A stretch of 64,000 bases of DNA from an uncultured Acidobacteriota bacterium (GTDB lineage Bacteria; Acidobacteriota; Thermoanaerobaculia; UBA5066; Gp7-AA6): contig CAVXTP010000006.1 of assembly GCA_963764715.1 (NCBI GenBank), forward strand, positions 64,001-128,000. The letters are read 5' to 3'. Shown piece after piece: positions 1 through 14,614 of this stretch. The notes under the pieces were generated by a model that saw only the letters and a program-made list of their open reading frames with translations, had not been told where the DNA came from and ran no database searches. Every line of letters begins with the position of its first letter. The stretch's first letter is position 1. The position numbers were made by a program, and so were the translations under genes.

Positions 1-3617
<3,617 letters not shown>

Positions 3618-3694
3618 TCAAGGGCTCCCTGTAACGCGAGGGACGCTGCGCGCCCTCGCAATTCAGCACGAAACCAGGACGCAGGACGGGCAAG

Positions 3695-3718
3695 GACCGC
3701 CCCTCCCGCGGGGCGGTC
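3695..3718 (-). terminator. GC hairpin in the rplL-rpoB spacer (possible attenuator)
   Basis: GACCGCCCC-N6-GGGGCGGTC perfect 9-bp stem; no strong U tract. Confidence 0.35.
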
Positions 3719-3756
3719 ACCAGAAACAACAACGCGCTATTCCCAGGGACGAAGAT

Positions 3757-4134
3757 CTACTTGATCTCCACCTTGGCGCCGACTTCCTCGAACTTCTTTT
3801 TGATCGCGGCGGCCTCGTCCTTGGAGACCCCCTCCTTGATGACGCCGGGGGCGCCGTCGACGAGGTCCTTGGCCTCCTTGAGGCCCAGGCTCGTGACCTC
3901 GCGGACGGCCTTGATCGTCTTGATCTTGTCGCCGGCCGCGGCCAGGGTCACCGTGAACTCGGTCTTCTCTTCCTCGGCTGGAGCCGCCGCCGCGGCCGGG
4001 CCCGCCGCCGCGGGCATCGCCATCGCCGCCGCCGAGACGCCGAACTTCTCCTCGAGCGCCTTGACGAGCGTGTTGAGCTCGAGGACGGTCATGCCCTCGA
4101 TTTCCTTAACGAAGTTCTCTGCGGTCATCGCCAT
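3757..4134 (-). CDS. rplL: 50S ribosomal protein L7/L12
   Basis: [23 protein letters not shown]...EEKTEF...[10 protein letters not shown]. Confidence 0.99.
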   Translation of the reverse strand: MAMTAENFVKEIEGMTVLELNTLVKALEEKFGVSAAAMAMPAAAGPAAAAAPAEEEKTEFTVTLAAAGDKIKTIKAVREVTSLGLKEAKDLVDGAPGVIKEGVSKDEAAAIKKKFEEVGAKVEIK

Positions 4135-4164
4135 GATCTGTACCTCTCCTCTTGTCTTTTAAAA

Positions 4165-4719
4165 CTAGTTGGCAGGCTCGGCGCTTTCGTTCGCCGGCCC
4201 GGATTTCGATTTCTGTTCGGCAATCTGGCTGACCACGCCCGCGAGATTGCGGACGGGGCCGTTCAACACCGTCACGAGGCGCCGCATCGGCGACTGCATG
4301 ACGAAGAGCAGCTTGGAGACGAGCTCCTCGCGGCTCGGGAGCTCCGCGATCGTCTTGATCTCGGTCGCCGGGACCGCGTGCCCGTCGATGACGGCGGCCT
4401 TGAAGACGAGGTTGGGGTTCGTCTTGGCGAAGGTCGTCAGCACCTTGGCGAGCGGAATGGCGTTGCCCCTGTTGAAGGCCACGGCCGTGGCGCCCGTGAA
4501 GTGCTCCGCGACGGCCTCGAGGGCCGTCCCCTTCGTCGCCCGCAGGGCCAGGGTGTTCTTGACGACGAGGTACGTCGACTGCGTTCCGCGCACCTGGCGG
4601 CGCAGCTCCGTCACCTCCGGCACCTTGAGTCCCGCGAACGCGAACAGGATCGCGTTGGACGACTGCGCCAGGCCTTTGGCGAGCGCCTCGACGGCTTCCG
4701 TTTTTTCCGTGCGATTCAT
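4165..4719 (-). CDS. rplJ: 50S ribosomal protein L10
   Basis: VVKNTL and LPSREEL motifs; lies between rplA and rplL. Confidence 0.98.
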   Translation of the reverse strand: MNRTEKTEAVEALAKGLAQSSNAILFAFAGLKVPEVTELRRQVRGTQSTYLVVKNTLALRATKGTALEAVAEHFTGATAVAFNRGNAIPLAKVLTTFAKTNPNLVFKAAVIDGHAVPATEIKTIAELPSREELVSKLLFVMQSPMRRLVTVLNGPVRNLAGVVSQIAEQKSKSGPANESAEPAN

Positions 4720-4737
4720 CGTGTGTCCTCGCTCGCC

Positions 4738-5433
4738 TTACACGGCCTCGATCGACGTGGTGTCGATCTCGACCCCGGGCCCCATCGTCGAAGAGACGGA
4801 AACGGTCCGGAAATACTTGCCCTTGGCCGCGGCGGGCTTCGCCTTGAGCACGGCCTTGATGAATGCCGAGGCGTTCTCCTCGAGCTTCTTCTCGTCGAAC
4901 GAGATCTTGCCGATCGGGGCGTGGATGATCGACGTCTTGTCGACGCGGAACTCGATCTTGCCGCCCTTGATCTCCTTGACGGCCTTGCCGACGTCCATGG
5001 TGACCGTGCCGGCCTTGGGGTTGGGCATCAGGCCCTTCGGCCCGAGGACCTTTCCGAGCTTGCCGACCAGGCGCATCATGTCGGGGGTCGCGACGAGCGC
5101 CTCGAAGTCGAGGAACCCGCCCTGGATCTTCTCGACCAGGTCCTCGGCCCCGACGTGGTCGGCGCCCGCCTCCTGGGCCTCCCGGGCCTTGTCGCCGCCC
5201 GCGATGACCGCGACGCGCTTCGACTTGCCCGTGCCGTGCGGCAGCACGACCGTGCCCCGCACCATCTGGTCGGCATGCTTCGGGTCGACGCCGAGCAGCA
5301 TCGCGACGTCGACGGACTCGTCGAACTTCGCGTAGCGCACGTCGCGCACCAGCTTGACCGCCTCCGGCAGGGGGTAGGGACGCAGCTCCACCTTCGACTT
5401 GGCCGCCAGGAATTTCTTACCGCTCTTGGGCAT
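4738..5433 (-). CDS. rplA: 50S ribosomal protein L1
   Basis: [40 protein letters not shown]. Confidence 0.99.
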   Translation of the reverse strand: MPKSGKKFLAAKSKVELRPYPLPEAVKLVRDVRYAKFDESVDVAMLLGVDPKHADQMVRGTVVLPHGTGKSKRVAVIAGGDKAREAQEAGADHVGAEDLVEKIQGGFLDFEALVATPDMMRLVGKLGKVLGPKGLMPNPKAGTVTMDVGKAVKEIKGGKIEFRVDKTSIIHAPIGKISFDEKKLEENASAFIKAVLKAKPAAAKGKYFRTVSVSSTMGPGVEIDTTSIEAV

Positions 5434-5444
5434 CGTCCTCCTTC

Positions 5445-5481
5445 GTCGTGCAAACGATCGAGTCGTGGCTCGATCTCCGAC
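5445..5481 (-). promoter_or_regulatory. putative L1-binding autoregulatory mRNA structure upstream of rplA
   Basis: Minus strand GTCG-GAG-ATCGAG-ccacga-CTCGAT-CGTTTGCA-CGAC: two stems around an asymmetric GGAG loop, just before the rplA SD. Confidence 0.6.
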
Positions 5482-5523
5482 TTTGTGCCGTGGACCGACT
5501 CGCGTGAACCGTGATTCGAATGG

Positions 5524-5946
5524 CTAAACGACCTCGATTCCCATCGACCGCGCCGTCCCCTCGACGACCCGGATCGCCGCCGGCAGGTCCGCCGCGTTCA
5601 GATCCGGCATCTTGGTCTTCGCGATCTCTTCGACCTGCTTCTTCGTGACCTTGCCGACCTTCTCCTTGTTCGGCGTGCCCGATCCCTTCGGAACGCCGGC
5701 CGCCTTCAGCAGGAGGATCGACGCCGGCGGCGTCTTCGTGATGAAAGTGTAGGACCGGTCGGCGTACACCGTGATGACGACCGGGATGATCAGGCCCTTC
5801 TGCGACGCGGTCCTCGCGTTGAAGTTCTTGCAGAAGTCCATGATGTTGACGCCCTGCTGTCCGAGGGCGGGCCCGACCGGCGGCGCGGGAGTCGCCTCCC
5901 CCGCCGGGATCTGGAGCTTGACGTAACCGGTGATCTTCTTGGCCAT
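5524..5946 (-). CDS. rplK: 50S ribosomal protein L11
   Basis: [27 protein letters not shown]. Confidence 0.99.
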   Translation of the reverse strand: MAKKITGYVKLQIPAGEATPAPPVGPALGQQGVNIMDFCKNFNARTASQKGLIIPVVITVYADRSYTFITKTPPASILLLKAAGVPKGSGTPNKEKVGKVTKKQVEEIAKTKMPDLNAADLPAAIRVVEGTARSMGIEVV

Positions 5947-5959
5947 TGCGCTTCCTCGC

Positions 5960-6505
5960 TTACAGCTTCTGGACCTGCAGGAACTCGAGCTCCACCGGGG
6001 TCGAGCGCCCGAAAATCGTGACCATCACCTTCAGCGTCGAGCGGTCGAGGTTGATCTCCTCGACGACGCCGGTGAAGTTGGTGAACGGGCCGTCCGTGAT
6101 CCGGACGTGCTCGCCCTTCTCGAAGGTGTGCTTCGGCTTGGGCTTCTCCTTGGTCGACGTGACGCGGTGGAGGATCTGCTCGACCTCCTCCGCGGTCAGC
6201 GGCGTCGGCTCCTTGCCCGAGCCGACGAAGCCCGTGACCTTGGGGGTGTTCTTGACCAGGTGCCAGGCGTCGTCCGACATCTCCATCTCGACGATGATGT
6301 AGCCGGGGAAGAACTTGCGCTGGATCTCCCGGCGCTTGCCGCCCTTCATCTCGACGAGGGTCTCGGTCGGGATCCGGATGTCGCCGAACTTCTCCTGCAT
6401 GCCCATCGCCTCGATGCGCTGCCGGAGGTTCTGCCGCACCCGCTCCTCGAATCCCGAGTACGTGTGGACGATGTACCAGCTCTTGGCTTTCGTCTCGGTG
6501 ATCAT
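5960..6505 (-). CDS. nusG: transcription termination/antitermination factor NusG
   Basis: [19 protein letters not shown] motif [22 protein letters not shown]; ATG at 6505. Confidence 0.98.
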   Translation of the reverse strand: MITETKAKSWYIVHTYSGFEERVRQNLRQRIEAMGMQEKFGDIRIPTETLVEMKGGKRREIQRKFFPGYIIVEMEMSDDAWHLVKNTPKVTGFVGSGKEPTPLTAEEVEQILHRVTSTKEKPKPKHTFEKGEHVRITDGPFTNFTGVVEEINLDRSTLKVMVTIFGRSTPVELEFLQVQKL

Positions 6506-6726
6506 GACGTCACGACTCCCGCGGCCCGGAAGACCTTGTCGACCAGCCAGGACAGCCCGCTGTCGACGAGAAACAGGTAGAACCCGAAGATGAAGCAGGC
6601 GACGATCACGACGACCGTCGTTCCCACGACTTCGCTCTGGCCGGGCCAGCTGACTTTCTTCACTTCGGACCACACGTCGCGGAAGAAATCCCGCGTCTGC
6701 GGCCACCATTCTTTAATCGGCGTCAT
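6502..6726 (-). CDS. secE: preprotein translocase subunit SecE
   Basis: EVKKVSWP plus one TM helix; between tRNA-Trp and nusG. Confidence 0.95.
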   Translation of the reverse strand: MTPIKEWWPQTRDFFRDVWSEVKKVSWPGQSEVVGTTVVVIVACFIFGFYLFLVDSGLSWLVDKVFRAAGVVTS

Positions 6727-6738
6727 GGCTTCGTTTCG

Positions 6739-6848
6739 GGAGGCAGGAGGCGGGCGGCAGGAGGCAGGGAATCCTGCCGTCTGTATCCGCGTTCGCCCTG
6801 GTCCTGCTTCCTGCTTCCTGCCTCCTGCTTACTGCTTACTGCTTACTG
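6739..6848. repeat. inverted heptamer tandem arrays (GGAGGCA-like x4 / CTGCTTC-like x6)
   Basis: Read directly in the tRNA-Trp to secE spacer. Confidence 0.85.
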
Positions 6849-6852
6849 TCTA

Positions 6853-6929
<77 letters not shown>

Positions 6930-6942
6930 ATTGGTTCCGTTC

Positions 6943-7095
6943 CTAGACCTTCCCTTCCTTGTGCGCCGTGTGCTTGCGGCAGAAACGGCAGTACTTGGAG
7001 AGTTCCAGCTTCTCCGTGTTGGTCTTCTTGTTCTTCGTCGTCGTGTAGTTGCGACGCTTGCACTCGGGACAGGCCAAACTGATGTTCTCTTGCAT
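6943..7095 (-). CDS. rpmG: 50S ribosomal protein L33 (Zn-binding C+ form)
   Basis: Hand translation [50 protein letters not shown]; below the ORF-track size cutoff. Confidence 0.97.
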   Translation of the reverse strand: MQENISLACPECKRRNYTTTKNKKTNTEKLELSKYCRFCRKHTAHKEGKV

Positions 7096-7144
7096 GTTTT
7101 TGCTCTCGGGCGGGGACAAGCCTCGCCCCTACTCTTTCTCGCCT

Positions 7145-8338
<1,194 letters not shown>

Positions 8339-8385
8339 CTGTCTCCCCTAAACCTCTTCCTGCGGCGCGGTCCACTCGAAACCAC

Positions 8386-8461
8386 TGGAGCCCACGACCA
8401 GGATTGAACTGGTGACCTCGTCCTTACCAAGGACGTGCTCTACCAACTGAGCTACGTGGGC
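8386..8461 (-). tRNA. trnT: tRNA-Thr(GGT)
   Basis: GCCCACGTAGCTCAG...TTGGTAA...GTTCAATC...CCA. Confidence 0.97.
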
Positions 8462-8473
8462 GTTTCCGATCCG

Positions 8474-8563
8474 TGAATCGGAAATCGGGAATCGGTGATC
8501 GAACTGCGGCATGACTTCGTCGTCTTTCTGTCTCTCGATGACCGATTTCCGCTTCCCGGCTCC
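8474..8563. repeat. inverted heptamer arrays (GAAATCG-like x4 / CGATTTC-like x4)
   Basis: TGAATCG GAAATCG GGAATCG GTGATCG ... CGATGAC CGATTTC CGCTTCC CGGCTCC between tRNA-Gly and tRNA-Thr. Confidence 0.7.
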
Positions 8564-8565
8564 GA

Positions 8566-8640
8566 TGGAGCGGGAGACGGGATTCGAACCCGCGACCAAC
8601 AGCTTGGAAGGCTGTGACTCTACCCCTGAGTTACTCCCGC
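8566..8640 (-). tRNA. trnG: tRNA-Gly(TCC)
   Basis: GCGGGAGTAACTCAG...CTTCCAA...GGTTCGAATC...CCA. Confidence 0.97.
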
Positions 8641-8668
8641 GATGTGCGATGCGACTCCCCCGCATAGA

Positions 8669-8755
8669 TGGTGGGCAGTGAAGGATTCGAACCTCCGTAG
8701 CGCGAAGCGCGGCAGATTTACAGTCTGCTGCCATTAACCACTCGGCCAACTGCCC
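8669..8755 (-). tRNA. trnY: tRNA-Tyr(GTA)
   Basis: GGGCAGTTGGCCGAGTGG...CTGTAAA...long variable arm...GGTTCGAATCC...CCA. Confidence 0.97.
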
Positions 8756-8792
8756 GTGCCTGAAACCGGACCGCCCGCCGGTGGGAATTCTC

Positions 8793-8868
8793 TGGAGCCG
8801 GCGAAGGGACTCGAACCCGCAACCTTCCGATTACAAATCGGATGCTCTACCCGTTGAGCTACGCCGGC
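8793..8868 (-). tRNA. trnT: tRNA-Thr(TGT)
   Basis: GCCGGCGTAGCTCAA...TTTGTAA...GGTTCGAGTCC...CCA. Confidence 0.97.
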
Positions 8869-8960
8869 GACGCACACGTGTACGGCGAACCCGCGAAACG
8901 GAGTCCCAGCCGGCATTCAAAGAACACACCAAGGCCTACCCCCACCGGCGTGAATCGCGG

Positions 8961-8989
8961 AGTCTAGCAGCGCCAAACCACTCGATCAA
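8961..8989 (-). promoter_or_regulatory. sigma70-type promoter of the tRNA-tuf operon
   Basis: TTGATC-N17-TAGACT with extended TG on the minus strand. Confidence 0.65.
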
Positions 8990-9004
8990 GACCTCTTTTG
9001 GGTT

Positions 9005-9715
9005 TTATGAGGTCCGCTGCCGGAGGGCCTCGTACCCGGCCGCCGCGGCCGCCGTCGAGACGTTGAGCGAGGCGAGCTGCCCCGCCATCGGCAGTCGGGC
9101 CAGCCGGTCGCAGCCCTCCCGGACGAGGCGGCGGATGCCCTTGCCCTCGGCCCCGAGGACGAGCGCCAGGTCTCCCCGGAGGTCGATCTCGTAGATCACC
9201 TGGCCGGCGGGATCGAGTCCGACGACCTGAAATCCTTCATTCTTAAGGTGATCGATGAACCGGCGAAGGTTCTTCGCCCGTATCACGGGAACCCGTTCGA
9301 CCGCCCCGGCCGAGCTCCGGGCGACCGTCTCCGAGAGGGGCGCCGATCCGCGCTCGGGCACGACCACGCCGGCGCCCAGCCCCTCGGCCACCCGGATCGC
9401 CGCGCCGAGGTTGTGGGGGTCCTGGACCTCGTCGAGGACGAGGAGGAACCGGGAGCCCGGCCGGCCCGCAAGGGCTGCCTCCTCTTCGAGATAACCCCGC
9501 ACCGCAACCCGGGCCACGGCGCCCTGGTGACCGACCGCCAGCCGGTCGAGCGCCTCCCGATGGCCGGATCGCACGGACACGCCCTGGCTGCGGCAGAGGT
9601 GCTTCAACTCGTTGATCCGGCGGTCCTTGCGCTCGGAATCGAACAGCACCCACTCGATCTCCCTCGGCCGGGCCCGGACGGCCTCCTCGATGGGATGGAG
9701 GCGGGAGAGGATCAC
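9005..9715 (-). CDS. rlmB: 23S rRNA Gm2251 methyltransferase (SPOUT/TrmH family)
   Basis: LDEVQDPHNLGAAIR, VLGAEGKG, SLNVS; GTG start overlaps the ispF stop. Confidence 0.93.
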   Translation of the reverse strand: MILSRLHPIEEAVRARPREIEWVLFDSERKDRRINELKHLCRSQGVSVRSGHREALDRLAVGHQGAVARVAVRGYLEEEAALAGRPGSRFLLVLDEVQDPHNLGAAIRVAEGLGAGVVVPERGSAPLSETVARSSAGAVERVPVIRAKNLRRFIDHLKNEGFQVVGLDPAGQVIYEIDLRGDLALVLGAEGKGIRRLVREGCDRLARLPMAGQLASLNVSTAAAAAGYEALRQRTS

Positions 9716-10194
9716 CGGGAGCCCGTCAGGAGCACCACGGCCATGGCGGCAATCCCGTCGCGCCGCCCGGTGAAGCCGAGACCATTGGAGCTCGTTCCGC
9801 GGGCGCTGACGGCCGACGGCTCGACCCCCAGGATCTCCGCGATCCGGGCGCGGATGGCCGCGACGTGGGGCGCGATCTTCGGGGCCTCCGCCACGACGAT
9901 CGCGTCGACGTTCCCGATCGAATAGCCGTGCTCGGCCGCGAGGTCGCGGGCCTTGCGCAGAAACGTCGCGCTGTCGGCTCCCTTCCAGGCCGGGTCCGTG
10001 GGCGGGAAGTGGTCGCCGATCGACCCGAGACCCGCCGCGCCGAGAACGGCATCGGTCAGGGCATGCAAGAGCGCGTCGCCGTCCGAGTGGCCCTCGAGCC
10101 CCGCCTCGTGGGGAATGGCAACGCCGCCGAGGCGAAGCGGCCGCCCCGCCGCGAACGGGTGCGAATCGAAACCGATCCCGACTCTCGGAAGCAT
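9712..10194 (-). CDS. ispF: 2-C-methyl-D-erythritol 2,4-cyclodiphosphate synthase
   Basis: RVGIGFDSH, GHSDGDALLHALTDA, IGDHFP. Confidence 0.97.
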   Translation of the reverse strand: MLPRVGIGFDSHPFAAGRPLRLGGVAIPHEAGLEGHSDGDALLHALTDAVLGAAGLGSIGDHFPPTDPAWKGADSATFLRKARDLAAEHGYSIGNVDAIVVAEAPKIAPHVAAIRARIAEILGVEPSAVSARGTSSNGLGFTGRRDGIAAMAVVLLTGSR

Positions 10195-10866
10195 CTACTT
10201 CTCCTCGCTCCGGGCCCGCGCGCGGAGGACCGCTTCCGCGAGCTCGAGATCCGCCGGCGTGGTGACCTTGAAGGCGAGCCGCGAGACCGCCACGACCTCG
10301 ACCGGGATCCCGAGATCCTCGCACAGTGCGGCTTCATCCGTGGCGTCGCGGCCGGAGTCGAGCGCGCGCCGCAGGACCGAGGCGCGGAAGGCCTGGGGCG
10401 TCGCGGCCGCGACGAGCTCGGACCGATCGAGCGTTCGGAGGATCCGCCCGCCGGAAGCGACCTTCATCGTGTCGACGACCGGGATGGCGGCGATCGCCGC
10501 TCCCGTCCGTGCCGCGGCCTCGACGACCGCGGCCGCCTCGGCGGCGGTGACGAGCAGCCGCGCCGCGTCGTGGACCGCCACGACGTCCTCGTCCGCGGCC
10601 GAGAGCGCGGCGAACCCGGCCCGCACCGAGCCCGAGCGCGTCTGGCCGCCGGCCACGACCTCGACGCGCGGGCCGACGGCGCGTCGGAACTCCTCGAGCC
10701 GGTCGGGAGGCGCCGTCACGACGGTGCGGGCGAAACCGGCGGGCGCCAGGGAATCGAGGGTCCAGGCGAGCAGCGGACGCCCGGCGATCGAAACCAGCGC
10801 CTTCGGCTCGGCGCGGCCGAGGCGCGTCCCGCTGCCCGCCGCGACGACGATCAGGAGCCGCGCCAC
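10195..10866 (-). CDS. ispD: 2-C-methyl-D-erythritol 4-phosphate cytidylyltransferase
   Basis: AAGSGTRLG..PK, GGQTRSGSV, VHDAAR, TPQAF, FKVTTPADL. Confidence 0.96.
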   Translation of the reverse strand: MARLLIVVAAGSGTRLGRAEPKALVSIAGRPLLAWTLDSLAPAGFARTVVTAPPDRLEEFRRAVGPRVEVVAGGQTRSGSVRAGFAALSAADEDVVAVHDAARLLVTAAEAAAVVEAAARTGAAIAAIPVVDTMKVASGGRILRTLDRSELVAAATPQAFRASVLRRALDSGRDATDEAALCEDLGIPVEVVAVSRLAFKVTTPADLELAEAVLRARARSEEK

Positions 10867-11420
10867 TAGACGGCCAGGATCTCCTGTTCCTTGGACTTCA
10901 GGAGATCGTCGACTTCCTTGATCTTCCGGTCGGTGATCTTCTGGGACTCCTCGAGCCCGCGGCGCTCGTCGTCCTCCGAGATCTTCTTGTCCTTGAACAT
11001 CTTCTTGAGGCGGTCGTTGCCTTCGTGGCGGTAACGGCGGATCTCGACCCGCGCCTCCTCGGCCATGTGATGGGCGTTCTTGGCGAGGTCCTTGCGGCGC
11101 TCCTCGGTCAGCGCGGGGATCGGGACCCGCACGACCTTGCCGTCGTTCTGGGGATTGAGGCCGAGGTCCGACTTGCGGATCGCGCGCTCGATCTCGACCG
11201 CCATCTTGGGATCCCAGGGCGCGGCGAGAATCATCGTCGGCTCGGGGACCGAGAGGTTCGCGACCTGGTTGAGCGGGACGTCGGCGCCGTAGGCCGACAC
11301 CAGGATCCCGTCGAGCATCCCGAGGTTCGCTCGGCCCGTGCGCAGCGTCTTGAACCGTTCCTTCAACGCCCCGACGGCATCGCTCATGTGCTTCTCGACG
11401 TCTTTCAATTCCTGCCTCAT
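10866..11420 (-). CDS. frr: ribosome recycling factor
   Basis: [25 protein letters not shown]. Confidence 0.98.
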   Translation of the reverse strand: MRQELKDVEKHMSDAVGALKERFKTLRTGRANLGMLDGILVSAYGADVPLNQVANLSVPEPTMILAAPWDPKMAVEIERAIRKSDLGLNPQNDGKVVRVPIPALTEERRKDLAKNAHHMAEEARVEIRRYRHEGNDRLKKMFKDKKISEDDERRGLEESQKITDRKIKEVDDLLKSKEQEILAV

Positions 11421-12151
11421 GCCTCGGCTCCCCCTGCGGAAACCAGCGAGCCGATGTCCTCGCCGACGACGACGCGCTGGATGTTGCCCTTGACCTTGAG
11501 GTTGAAGACCTTGATGGGAATTCCGTTGTCCATGCAGAGCGCGACGGCCGCGGCGTCCATGACCTGCAGTCCGGCCTCGAGGGCCTGGCGGTAGGTCAGC
11601 GTCCGGAGGAACTTCGCGGCGGTGTCGCGATTGGGATCGGCGTCGTAGACGCCGTCGACCTTGGTCGCCTTGAGCAGGACGTCGGCGTGGATCTCGTTGG
11701 CGCGCAGCGCCGCCGCCGAGTCGGTCGTGAAGAACGGGTTGCCCGTTCCGCCCACGAAGACGACCACGCGGCCCTTCTCGAGATGCCGCATCGCCCGGCG
11801 CCGGATGAAGGGCTCCGCGATCTGCCGGATCTCGACCGCCGACATCAGGCGCGTCGTCACGCCCCGCTTCTCGAGGGCGTCCTGGAGGGCGAGGCCGTTG
11901 ATCACGGTCGCGAGCAGGCCCATGTGGTCGCCGGCGACGCGGTCGATCCCCTGGGCGGCCGCGGAGACCCCGCGGATGATGTTGCCGCCGCCGATGACGA
12001 TCGCCGTCTCGACGCCGAGGGCATGAACGTCCCGGATCTCGTCGGCGAGCCGCGCCACGACGTCCGGGGCGATCCCGAACCTCTGGTCCCCCATCAACGC
12101 CTCCCCCGAAAGCTTCAGGAGGATCCGGCGGTAGACGGGGATCTCGGACAT
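11417..12151 (-). CDS. pyrH: UMP kinase
   Basis: [31 protein letters not shown]; ATG at 12151. Confidence 0.98.
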   Translation of the reverse strand: MSEIPVYRRILLKLSGEALMGDQRFGIAPDVVARLADEIRDVHALGVETAIVIGGGNIIRGVSAAAQGIDRVAGDHMGLLATVINGLALQDALEKRGVTTRLMSAVEIRQIAEPFIRRRAMRHLEKGRVVVFVGGTGNPFFTTDSAAALRANEIHADVLLKATKVDGVYDADPNRDTAAKFLRTLTYRQALEAGLQVMDAAAVALCMDNGIPIKVFNLKVKGNIQRVVVGEDIGSLVSAGGAEA

Positions 12152-12402
12152 GCGGACGCGATTATCTGTGAATCTTGCTCCGCAACCTAACGGTCGCGAA
12201 AACGCCGATCTGTCGCTCTTTCCGCGGCACTTCCCCATCCGTTCGCGGCGCGGATAGTCTCCCGACCGAAGGGAGGGAGGAGGTCCGCGCCGCGGGAGCC
12301 GGAGCGCGGCGAGGGATCAGGCGTCCGGTCGAGCCCGCATCCGGGCGAGCCGGACGCCGGTGCGCCCGCAGGGCGCAGATCCCCCGCAAGCGAAGGCGAC
12401 GG

Positions 12403-13278
12403 CTACGCTGCTTCTTCCGCCCGACCCAGCCCTTCGCCCAGCTTGAACCGGACGAACCGCAGGTCCAGGGCGCCCTTGCCGGCCTTCTCGACGATGACCT
12501 GGCCGACCGTCTTCTCGGGGTCCTTCACGAAGGCCTGCTCGACGAGCACGGCTTCCTGGTAGAACTTTTCGACCTTCCCGTCGGCGATCCGCTCGACGAC
12601 GTTGGCGGGCTTGCCGGCCGCCGTCGCCTGGGCGCGCGCGATCTCGCGCTCGGTCGCGAGGATCTCGGCCGACACCTCGCTCCGGGAGGCGAAGCGCGGG
12701 TCCGATGCCGCGATGTGCATCGCGAGGTCCTTGCCGAGCGCCTCGTCGGCGCCGGGAAGCCCCACGAGCACGCCGATCCGGCCGTTGCCGTGGATGTAGC
12801 TCGCGAACGTCTCGCCCGGCCGCGGCAGCAGTCGCGCGAACCGGCGGACCTGGACGTTCTCCTTGAGGACCGCCACCATCTGCGTGACCGCGTCCCCCAC
12901 GGTCTCTCCTCCCGGCCAGGAGAGCTTCGCGAGCTCGGCGACGTCGCCCGAGCGCGTGTCCCCGAAGGCGTCGTGCGCGGCGATGCGGTCGGCGAGCTTC
13001 TCGGCGAAGACGCGGAAGTCCTCGGTCCGAGCCACGAAATCCGTCTCGCAGTTGACCTCGACGAGGACGGCGCCCTTGACCGTGACGTGGGCGACGACGA
13101 GGCCCTCGGACGCGGCGCGGCCGGCCTTGGAGGCCGCCGCAGCCAGGCCCTTCTTGCGAAGGATCTTCTTGGCCTCTTCGAAGTTGCCGGCGGCTTCCAC
13201 CAGCGCCTTCTTGCAGTCCATCATCCCGGCACCGGTTTCGGTGCGCAGGTCGGCGACGAGCTTGGAGTTGATTTCCAT
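12403..13278 (-). CDS. tsf: elongation factor Ts
   Basis: LRTETGAGMMDCKKAL, EVNCETDFVA. Confidence 0.98.
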   Translation of the reverse strand: MEINSKLVADLRTETGAGMMDCKKALVEAAGNFEEAKKILRKKGLAAAASKAGRAASEGLVVAHVTVKGAVLVEVNCETDFVARTEDFRVFAEKLADRIAAHDAFGDTRSGDVAELAKLSWPGGETVGDAVTQMVAVLKENVQVRRFARLLPRPGETFASYIHGNGRIGVLVGLPGADEALGKDLAMHIAASDPRFASRSEVSAEILATEREIARAQATAAGKPANVVERIADGKVEKFYQEAVLVEQAFVKDPEKTVGQVIVEKAGKGALDLRFVRFKLGEGLGRAEEAA

Positions 13279-13347
13279 GATTTCCCCAGTTCCTTAAACG
13301 GATTTGCGGCGGCGCTCAGGCGCAGGAGCCGGCCGGCCGGGCTTCCC

Positions 13348-13375
13348 CTGCCGTCTGCCTCCTGCCTCCTGCCCC
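13348..13375. repeat. heptamer tandem repeat CTGCCTC-like x4 in the rpsB-tsf spacer
   Basis: CTGCCGT CTGCCTC CTGCCTC CTGCCCC; same family as the repeat at 6804-6848. Confidence 0.65.
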
Positions 13376-13380
13376 CGCTC

Positions 13381-14154
13381 CTACGATGCGTCGGCGACGA
13401 CGGCGGTCTGCGAGAGCTCCGGCGTGCGCGGCCGGTCTTCCGAGGCGGCGTCTTCGGCTCCGCGCTCCCCGTGGGCGTGGAGCCCCTCGAGGATCGCGTC
13501 GGCGACCTTGGCCGTGAAGAGCCGGATGGCGCGAATCGCGTCGTCGTTGCCCGGGATCACGTGGTCGACGAGGTCCGGATCGCAGTTCGTGTCGACCACC
13601 GCCACCACCGGGATGCCGAGGATGTTGGCTTCCTTGACCGCGATGTACTCCTGCTTCGGATCGATCACGAAGAGCGCGTCGGGAAGCTCGTCCATTTCCT
13701 TGATGCCCGTCAGGTTCTTCTCGAGCTTCTCCTTCTCCCGCTCCAGGCGCAGGCGCTCCTTCTTCGTCAGGTTCTCGTTGTCATCCTGCGCGAGGATGCC
13801 CTCGATCTCCTTGAGACGATGGATCGACTTGCGGATCGTGGAGAAGTTGGTCAGCGTGCCGCCGAGCCACCGCGTGTTCACGTAGAACATGCCGCAGCGG
13901 TTGGCCTCCTCGTAAATCGCATCCTGGGCCTGGCGCTTCGTGCCGACGAACAGCAGGTTCTTGCCCGCGGCGGCAAGGTCGGTCACGAACTTCGAGGCTT
14001 CCTTGAACTGCTTGAGCGTCTTCTGCAGGTCGATGATGTAGATCCCATTGCGCTTGCCGAAGATGAACTTCTTCATCTTCGGGTTCCAGCGCTTGGTCTG
14101 GTGACCGAAGTGGACGCCAGCCTCGAGCAGTTCCTTCATCGAAATAGATGCCAG
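13381..14154 (-). CDS. rpsB: 30S ribosomal protein S2 (probable CTG start at 14154; first ATG at 14139)
   Basis: [31 protein letters not shown]; AAGGAGG 6 nt before an in-frame CTG. Confidence 0.98.
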   Translation of the reverse strand: MASISMKELLEAGVHFGHQTKRWNPKMKKFIFGKRNGIYIIDLQKTLKQFKEASKFVTDLAAAGKNLLFVGTKRQAQDAIYEEANRCGMFYVNTRWLGGTLTNFSTIRKSIHRLKEIEGILAQDDNENLTKKERLRLEREKEKLEKNLTGIKEMDELPDALFVIDPKQEYIAVKEANILGIPVVAVVDTNCDPDLVDHVIPGNDDAIRAIRLFTAKVADAILEGLHAHGERGAEDAASEDRPRTPELSQTAVVADAS

Positions 14155-14194
14155 ATCACACCTCCTTGCCCGTCGCCCGAAGCGACGGCCGTTC

Positions 14195-14590
14195 TTACCG
14201 CTTGCTGAACTGGAACCGGGCGCGCGCTCCGCGCTGTCCGTACTTCTTGCGTTCCTTCATCCGGGGGTCGCGCGTCAGGAAGCCTTCCTTCTTGAGCTTC
14301 TTGCGGAGCTCCAGGTTGTACTCGGTCAGCGCGCGGGAGATGCCGTGGCGGATCGCTCCGGCCTGCCCGGACGGGCCGCCGCCCGCCACCGTGACGTGGA
14401 TGTCGAACTTTTCGACCGTCTCCGTCGACTGAAGCGGCTGCTTGATGACCATCTTCAGGACGTTGTTGGGGAAGTAGTCGTCGATGGAGCGCTTGTTGAC
14501 GGTGATGGCTCCGGTGCCGGGAACGAGCCGGACGCGCGCCATCGAGGTCTTCCGACGTCCGGTCGCTTTGTGCTGGATTTCGACTGCCAA
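14195..14590 (-). CDS. rpsI: 30S ribosomal protein S9
   Basis: [34 protein letters not shown]...FSKR. Confidence 0.99.
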   Translation of the reverse strand: MAVEIQHKATGRRKTSMARVRLVPGTGAITVNKRSIDDYFPNNVLKMVIKQPLQSTETVEKFDIHVTVAGGGPSGQAGAIRHGISRALTEYNLELRKKLKKEGFLTRDPRMKERKKYGQRGARARFQFSKR

Positions 14591-14614
14591 GACTCCTCCG
14601 AGCTTCCTTCCGGC

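Noticed and set aside
8386-9005. tRNA-targeted integrative element
   Set aside because: No integrase or duplicated tRNA 3' end is visible; the flanks are core genes.
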